From: Massalongia carnosa
Lineage: Eukaryota
DNA: 64,000 bases
Reading direction: 5' to 3'
NCBI GenBank assembly: GCA_965645245.1
Contig: OZ287077.1
Coordinates: forward strand, 496,001 to 560,000
The translations under genes were made by a program, and so were the position numbers. Every line of letters begins with the position of its first letter. Position 1 is the first letter of the stretch. Below the pieces are notes generated by a model. That model worked only from the letters and a program-made list of their open reading frames with translations. It had not been told where the DNA came from and made no database searches. Below are positions 58,543 through 64,000 of this stretch, piece by piece.

Positions 58543-61500
58543 AGCTGATTCGGATCCGCATCTTGGCATAGTATATGAACAAGATATCCATCGCCGATAA
58601 GACATTTCGTTAGCTCACTACAGCTGCTTCAAGAGGTAAGGATGAACTTGCTATTGCGATGCCAGAAAGGATGTTTTCAGGCCAATCATCATCTGGCTGA
58701 AGGATTATGAGGGTGACGATAGTTTCTTTTTTTTTGGAGTGATTATATGGATATTTTAAGGATTTTCCCCAAGACTGTAAATCAGGAATCATGACTGAAA
58801 TTGCCATGAGAAGACCAATAGGTTTTTGCAATAATAAAAAGGTAATTCGCGGGCTCCATTGTGTCGGCTGCATATATATAAGTTCTATCTATGGTTGAGG
58901 CACCTCTTCCCTCGCTGCTGCGCGGCTAGCGCTCGCTTTTTCGGAGGGTCCTTCCTATAACGGCTTTGTTTTGGCAGCAGTGAAGGGAAAAACTCCCTCT
59001 ACCTATGTAAGTGAAAAAAAGACCTTTTAGTGCTAGACTCCGAATCAACGGTGAGGATGAGGAGAAGAGTGCCAGAAGGCCACCTATTTATGCCCTCTTT
59101 CTCCCCTCCTTGCCCAACTATTTCAACATCATCCCCCCTTGCCCTCAGCCTCCATCGGCTGTCCACAGCCTGCCTCCACTCGGTCCCGACATTTCCTTTC
59201 GCCCTAGCCGAATTAACTAACTACTACAGGGCCGACGACGTAGATAATTCGTACTGTGTATGGAGTAGAGAGAGTAAACCAAAGCAACGATGCGCTCTTT
59301 TCGTAACTTGCCCCCCTGCAAGCCTCAGGAAACCAGGAATTTCCGTCTCGTGGCTTTTTATATATCATAAAGCTACCAGGAATCATACCGACGACCTCGT
59401 TGATCTAGGGGTGAGTTTCAGCTTGCCCAACTACAAAAAAAAAAACGACCAAATTCCCTCTCGCTTCGTTGTCCAGTCCTTACGACCTCACCGGTCCTTG
59501 TTGTTAAATAAACAGTTGACGGCATAATGTTGAAATTACTACGGAGGTGACTGCTTATAGCAGCCATGGCAGCCTGCAGGGCTGAGCTAGAACTAATGGG
59601 GCTAAGCGAGTATTCCAACACTTGTCACATTTCGTCAGTATGCATCTTACGTACGCTGAACACGATACGTAATCACACCACATCACACAACATAACATCG
59701 AGATGAACATGACCATGAACATGAAAAAGATGATAGATGTGAGAAGAAGAACACCATGATGCGATGGAGAGCGTTTTCTCACTTCTTGCTATATATTTTG
59801 ATATCATATCTCGTAACTTTTCCTCCGACACTTTCCCTGTTCCCAACCTCTCCCTCGCCTCTTATTGATTGCCTCTTCTAACCCCCATCTCGCCACTCCC
59901 CCTCGCCTATTCCCCGTCGTTTCCTTCCCCGCTTTATCTTCCCATCGCCCCATCTCGCCCAATCCCCTTCCCCCTTCGTCCACCCCCTTCCTCAATCTAA
60001 TCCACTCCATTTCAACTAAACTCATCTCGCAAGCTGTTTTGAAAACCAATTAAGCAACCAACCGAAGAGTTGATTAATAATCCCCAAAAACGCTTCAACT
60101 CACAAATCGACCTAAATTTTAGCCTATCCCCTTACGTAGTGAACAAACAACCCTCACGAAACCAACCCCCCTCCCCTCCAAAGATTCTCGATTTTCCGGT
60201 TTCCACCGCTAATCACAAAAACAAGGTGCGAAAACATAACTCACCCACCCCCCAACTCCTCCTCTCCTTCCCCGACTCATCACTCAAGATCCCCAGTCCA
60301 TATGAGCAGTAAAAAACCCCTGGGGACAACTTCCGTAAGACCATTATCCTAAACTCCGCCACAACTATCAACACCCTACCAAACGAAGGTGACGAGGACA
60401 TCACTAAGAGAAGGGGACGGGATGAGTAGGTAGATAGGGTACTCAGTCACTCATCTCATTCATTCTAATTTAGACAGGAAGAAGGAAGGGGTTGAGAAGA
60501 AAAACCAATAATGCCGAGTGGCTCTGATGTTTCGTTCAAAGAGTTCGTGAGTTGCATGTATAGATAGTTATGTATTCCGGGTACGGTATGTAATCAAATA
60601 TACATGAAAACACAACCAAGCAAACCCCCAGGTCGATCTACTACATTTCTCAACGTCTCCTCTTTCTTCAACCTTCAATATTCACTTCGTCTTAAAAATA
60701 GCAGGAAGCTGGGGCTCATGCTCCTGGATACATATTTAGGAGGAGAGCAAGGGTTCTCGAATGAGTTTTGAATCGATAAAGTTTTTAGAAAAAAAACATA
60801 GAAACTAAAGAAAGTTCATTCTGAAAACTTTGGTGACGATGGGAAGAAAAAGTCCTTTGAGAGACATAACTCGACGTCTCAACTCGAAAGCCAAGATGGG
60901 TATCTGAACGTTCAAATGAATGTGCAACAAACATCCAAACACGATGACCGATAATCCTCAAAGACATGTGACAAAAATGCACTTACCCACTCACTCAACC
61001 CTCCTCCTTCCCGTCCTCCCACCAACTTCCCAAGCCCCCCCGCTCTACTCATCCTTCAGTCCCCACTCTCACCTTTTCTTACTCCCCTGATAAGCCCCAA
61101 TGCTCATCCGATGCGCAATCCCCCTTACACGCAACGGCCCCCTCAGCGCCCCAAAACCACTTACCAGCGCCACTGGCGCCACCGCACAGGACGAGTTGAG
61201 CGAAGAATCCTGCAGCGGAGTCCGTGTCTACGCCCTGAAACTCTCGAACATTGCGACGCGTTCGGATGCCCGAGCGCGGACTGTGGATGCGGATGGAACG
61301 GGTGTGTCCATTGGGAACGGCAGCAGCGTTGGCAGCGGCGGTAAGGATGAAGGGGGATGTGGATGGAGGGTTCTGGTGGGGAGCTGGTGGCGTTGAGGGG
61401 GGGAGATGTTGGGGAAGGGAGAAGGAGAGGAGAGTAGCTCCAATGCGCGGGGGTGAGGTGGAGGGTTCTCTGCCGACGGAATTGTTGGGGGCGGCGTCGT

Positions 61501-62419
61501 GGGTGGATTTTCTAGAAGAGGGGAAGGAGGAGGGTGGTGGTTGGCTGGGAGGGGGGATTTGCTGTTAAGTGGTATTTTCCAATAGAGGTAGTAAAGGACG
61601 CAAAGAGAAAAACTCAGAGCTGCTTTCCAAACGTGCTCCAGCGCAAGTCAGATTCTTCATTTTCTCCCCCTCAAATTCCAACACCAAGCCACCATCATCA
61701 TCCTCCTCCGTGATCCCTTCATCTGTAGACTTCAAGGAAAGGTCCCGAAGCCAAGAGCTAGGACTACCTTGGCAAGGTCGGCGCCTTCGGGACGTGTTTC
61801 CCCCATAACAGGTACTCCGGCAGCGGGCTAGAATGGTAGTTGAGCCATGGTTTTCCTTTGTAGATCTGGGATGGAGACAGGATGGAGATTAAGACGTAGA
61901 GGAGGGGTGTATGCGGGCGATGAAAGAATGAGATGAAGTAAAGGCGGAAGAAAGGTGGATGTATATTATGGTATGTGTAATATAGAGAGTTTTTAGCAGA
62001 GGAGACAGAGTGGAAAGAGTCGGCTAGAAAGGAAGGTAGAGGTTTGTGTATTAGACTCAGAGCCTTGGGTTATTAAGGGAGGAAGCGGAAGGTGCAACAG
62101 CGGAAAAAAACTAGATGGCTCCACTGAAGTTTTTTATACCAAACACGGAGCACATGTAAAATCTGGAAATCGAATGATAGACATGTGTTTCATTGCAGGC
62201 TTGGGAATAAGCCGAACATTTGCTGCCATGGGTTTTTTACATGCTTGAAATCTTCACATGACTGCGCTTTTCCTTCATGAGTGAAATGGCATGAACTGCC
62301 AGAGACTGGGGTTTGCGTTTACTTTTGCCACCATCGTTCCTTCCATACGCTTCCCCTCCAACGCCACACGCTCAAACTAACATAAAACCAACAGGATACC
62401 TCTAGAGAATCCATGACCC

Positions 62420-64000
62420 TTACCTTTGACCACTATTGCGAAGCGACTCAACGCGGTGATTATTAGAGGGCCTTTGAAACCCAACCCATTTCCGGCGCAA
62501 AGTCAGCATCGTGCCCTCTAGAGTCACAAATTCTTCCCACCCAGCCTGCGTCCAGTCTGTTGCAGCGGCTTCTCTTTGACTCCAAGCTACAGATTCACAA
62601 GTCACAGCTTGTCGACGTCTTCTCTCCCTTTCGTCAATAATCTGTTCGACTATCCCACATCTCGTAGGCTCGTCCAACCGATCCAGAATGTGTTTAAGGG
62701 TTGCGAAAGGCAATGATAGTAAAAGACTCGACAAGGTAATGTTTTCATCACTGGATTTTGCTGCGTTTTCCGAAGGATGATTGCCAAACTGAATCCGACT
62801 AAGCCTCGATTTAACTAAAGGAGATCGACTGCCGGGAACGACGGGGAGCCTATCAATATCTGCCAGAGGTCTAGCTGATAAATCCAGCTTCCAGTCTTTT
62901 GGGACTCCTTTAACGATGAAGTCTGCACATTGAAGTAGCAAATCCTTTGCATCAGGCGAAGAGATTCCATGCAGGGCTTCTGAGAATGGGTCTTCCGATC
63001 CGATGTTTGATCCGGCATAGTCGGAAATCATATGTTCGCTAGAACTAGGGGTGGTAACTATGTTTGTGGAATCATCAGAGAGGAAGGAGGAATTTTCGGT
63101 AGTGGCCGCTCCGGTGGTATCCGGACGTGACTCCAGGCTCAATCTACCCTGCAGGGCAAAAGATATAGCCTTTTCAATATTTTTCCAATTCAAAACACTT
63201 TTAGCAATGTATAAGCCCCAGGAGCTGACTTCTGGAAGCCCCAAGAGATTCCCAGATGCTATTACAGCTAGACAATTCTCCATCCAAGATACTGAGACCT
63301 CAATATTACTTTTCGGGGTATCCAGGGGAGAGCATTTGAAGTCCGTTATGGGCTTGCCATAACAAGATCGAAGTGCCGCTTCAATGGCCAACGGCGTGAT
63401 GAAACGATCCTTTGTTTGAAGTTGTAAACTTTTAACACTATTCTCATGGGGGCCAGAAGACTTTATCAACTCCCTTAATACAGGGCTCTGAGCAATAAGC
63501 AGGCCATGGAGCCAGAAGTCCACTATTTGAAGTTTGTAGATTTCGTTAGTGATTATCAAATGGTAATCTGCATGTTCTGTTCTATTAAATTGCTGCGTGA
63601 GATACCTGACTACACAGCGCACAGGCAGGGCTTCTATGCGCGCTGCTTGGTCTAGTTTGGCAGAGACGTCTTGTGTCCAGGTCTCGTCTTTGGGTTTGGC
63701 TGCAGGTTGCTCCGTTACTTCACGGTCTTCACTTGCTACCGATCGAGATTCTTCATGATTTTCAGTACTTTGTGAAGGGCTTTGATGACGAAATTCAAAA
63801 CAGGCCCCGGTGCTATATAGCAGGTTGATATTATTAGGATGGGTTAACTCATGAGAGATAATCTCCAAAGGGGTGGTTGTGCCCCTTGGTTCTTCTCCCT
63901 GATATTTCTCCAACATCATGTCAGGAATATGGCTCTCTACTTGATCAGAAAAGGAAGATGCCAGGAAGACATCTCTAGCATTTGTATTAGCTTTGCACTC
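62420..64000 (-). CDS. Conserved fungal protein with BTB/POZ-like region, probably 5' partial
   Basis: Frame stays open from the window edge through the 499-aa ORF. YLTQQFN..EHADYHLII...LHGLLIAQSPVLRELI is BTB-like; also SRLSRIQFG and ERERRR. Confidence 0.75.
   Translation of the reverse strand, partial: ECKANTNARDVFLASSFSDQVESHIPDMMLEKYQGEEPRGTTTPLEIISHELTHPNNINLLYSTGACFEFRHQSPSQSTENHEESRSVASEDREVTEQPAAKPKDETWTQDVSAKLDQAARIEALPVRCVVRYLTQQFNRTEHADYHLIITNEIYKLQIVDFWLHGLLIAQSPVLRELIKSSGPHENSVKSLQLQTKDRFITPLAIEAALRSCYGKPITDFKCSPLDTPKSNIEVSVSWMENCLAVIASGNLLGLPEVSSWGLYIAKSVLNWKNIEKAISFALQGRLSLESRPDTTGAATTENSSFLSDDSTNIVTTPSSSEHMISDYAGSNIGSEDPFSEALHGISSPDAKDLLLQCADFIVKGVPKDWKLDLSARPLADIDRLPVVPGSRSPLVKSRLSRIQFGNHPSENAAKSSDENITLSSLLLSLPFATLKHILDRLDEPTRCGIVEQIIDERERRRRQAVTCESVAWSQREAAATDWTQAGWEEFVTLEGTMLTLRRKWVGFQRPSNNHRVESLRNSGQR

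Noticed and set aside
61050..61850. Pro/Ser-rich minus-strand frames suggesting a gene
   Set aside because: Low-complexity GC-rich sequence, an early stop after the best ATG, and ambiguous frame.
1..64000. tRNA, rRNA or snRNA genes
   Set aside because: No convincing cloverleaf or conserved rRNA/snRNA motif was seen by eye; tRNAscan-SE and Infernal would be needed to exclude them.

Overview
Eukaryotic DNA from a filamentous ascomycete: GT-AG introns with CTRAC-type branch points, Pezizomycotina-type gene families and fungal transposons; the taxon cannot be fixed from sequence alone. Apparently intact genes are an SDR, two PTH11-like membrane proteins, a Slk19-domain coiled-coil protein, an ARA2-like aldo-keto reductase, a Pex23-family peroxin, a Pro1 tautomerase, a HeLo-like/ubiquitin-like/C2H2 protein, a BTB-like protein (partial), a probable Hsp20 (partial) and two small spliced hypothetical genes. 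The window also holds several decayed genes, a TSD-bounded Tad-like LINE fragment, an intact pogo/Fot1 element, a decayed Tc1-type element and several MITEs. Three signals stand out. (1) The Tc1-type (about DD38E) transposon has CAC...GTG ends and a 5-bp GC-rich target duplication instead of TA, and a related mini-element lies 25 kb away. (2) One reading frame fuses a nucleotide-sugar transporter to a DXD (GT32-like) glycosyltransferase. (3) Two tiny spliced metallothionein genes lie in tandem, one with its stop codon split by an intron. All family calls are from motif recognition by eye; no searches were run.
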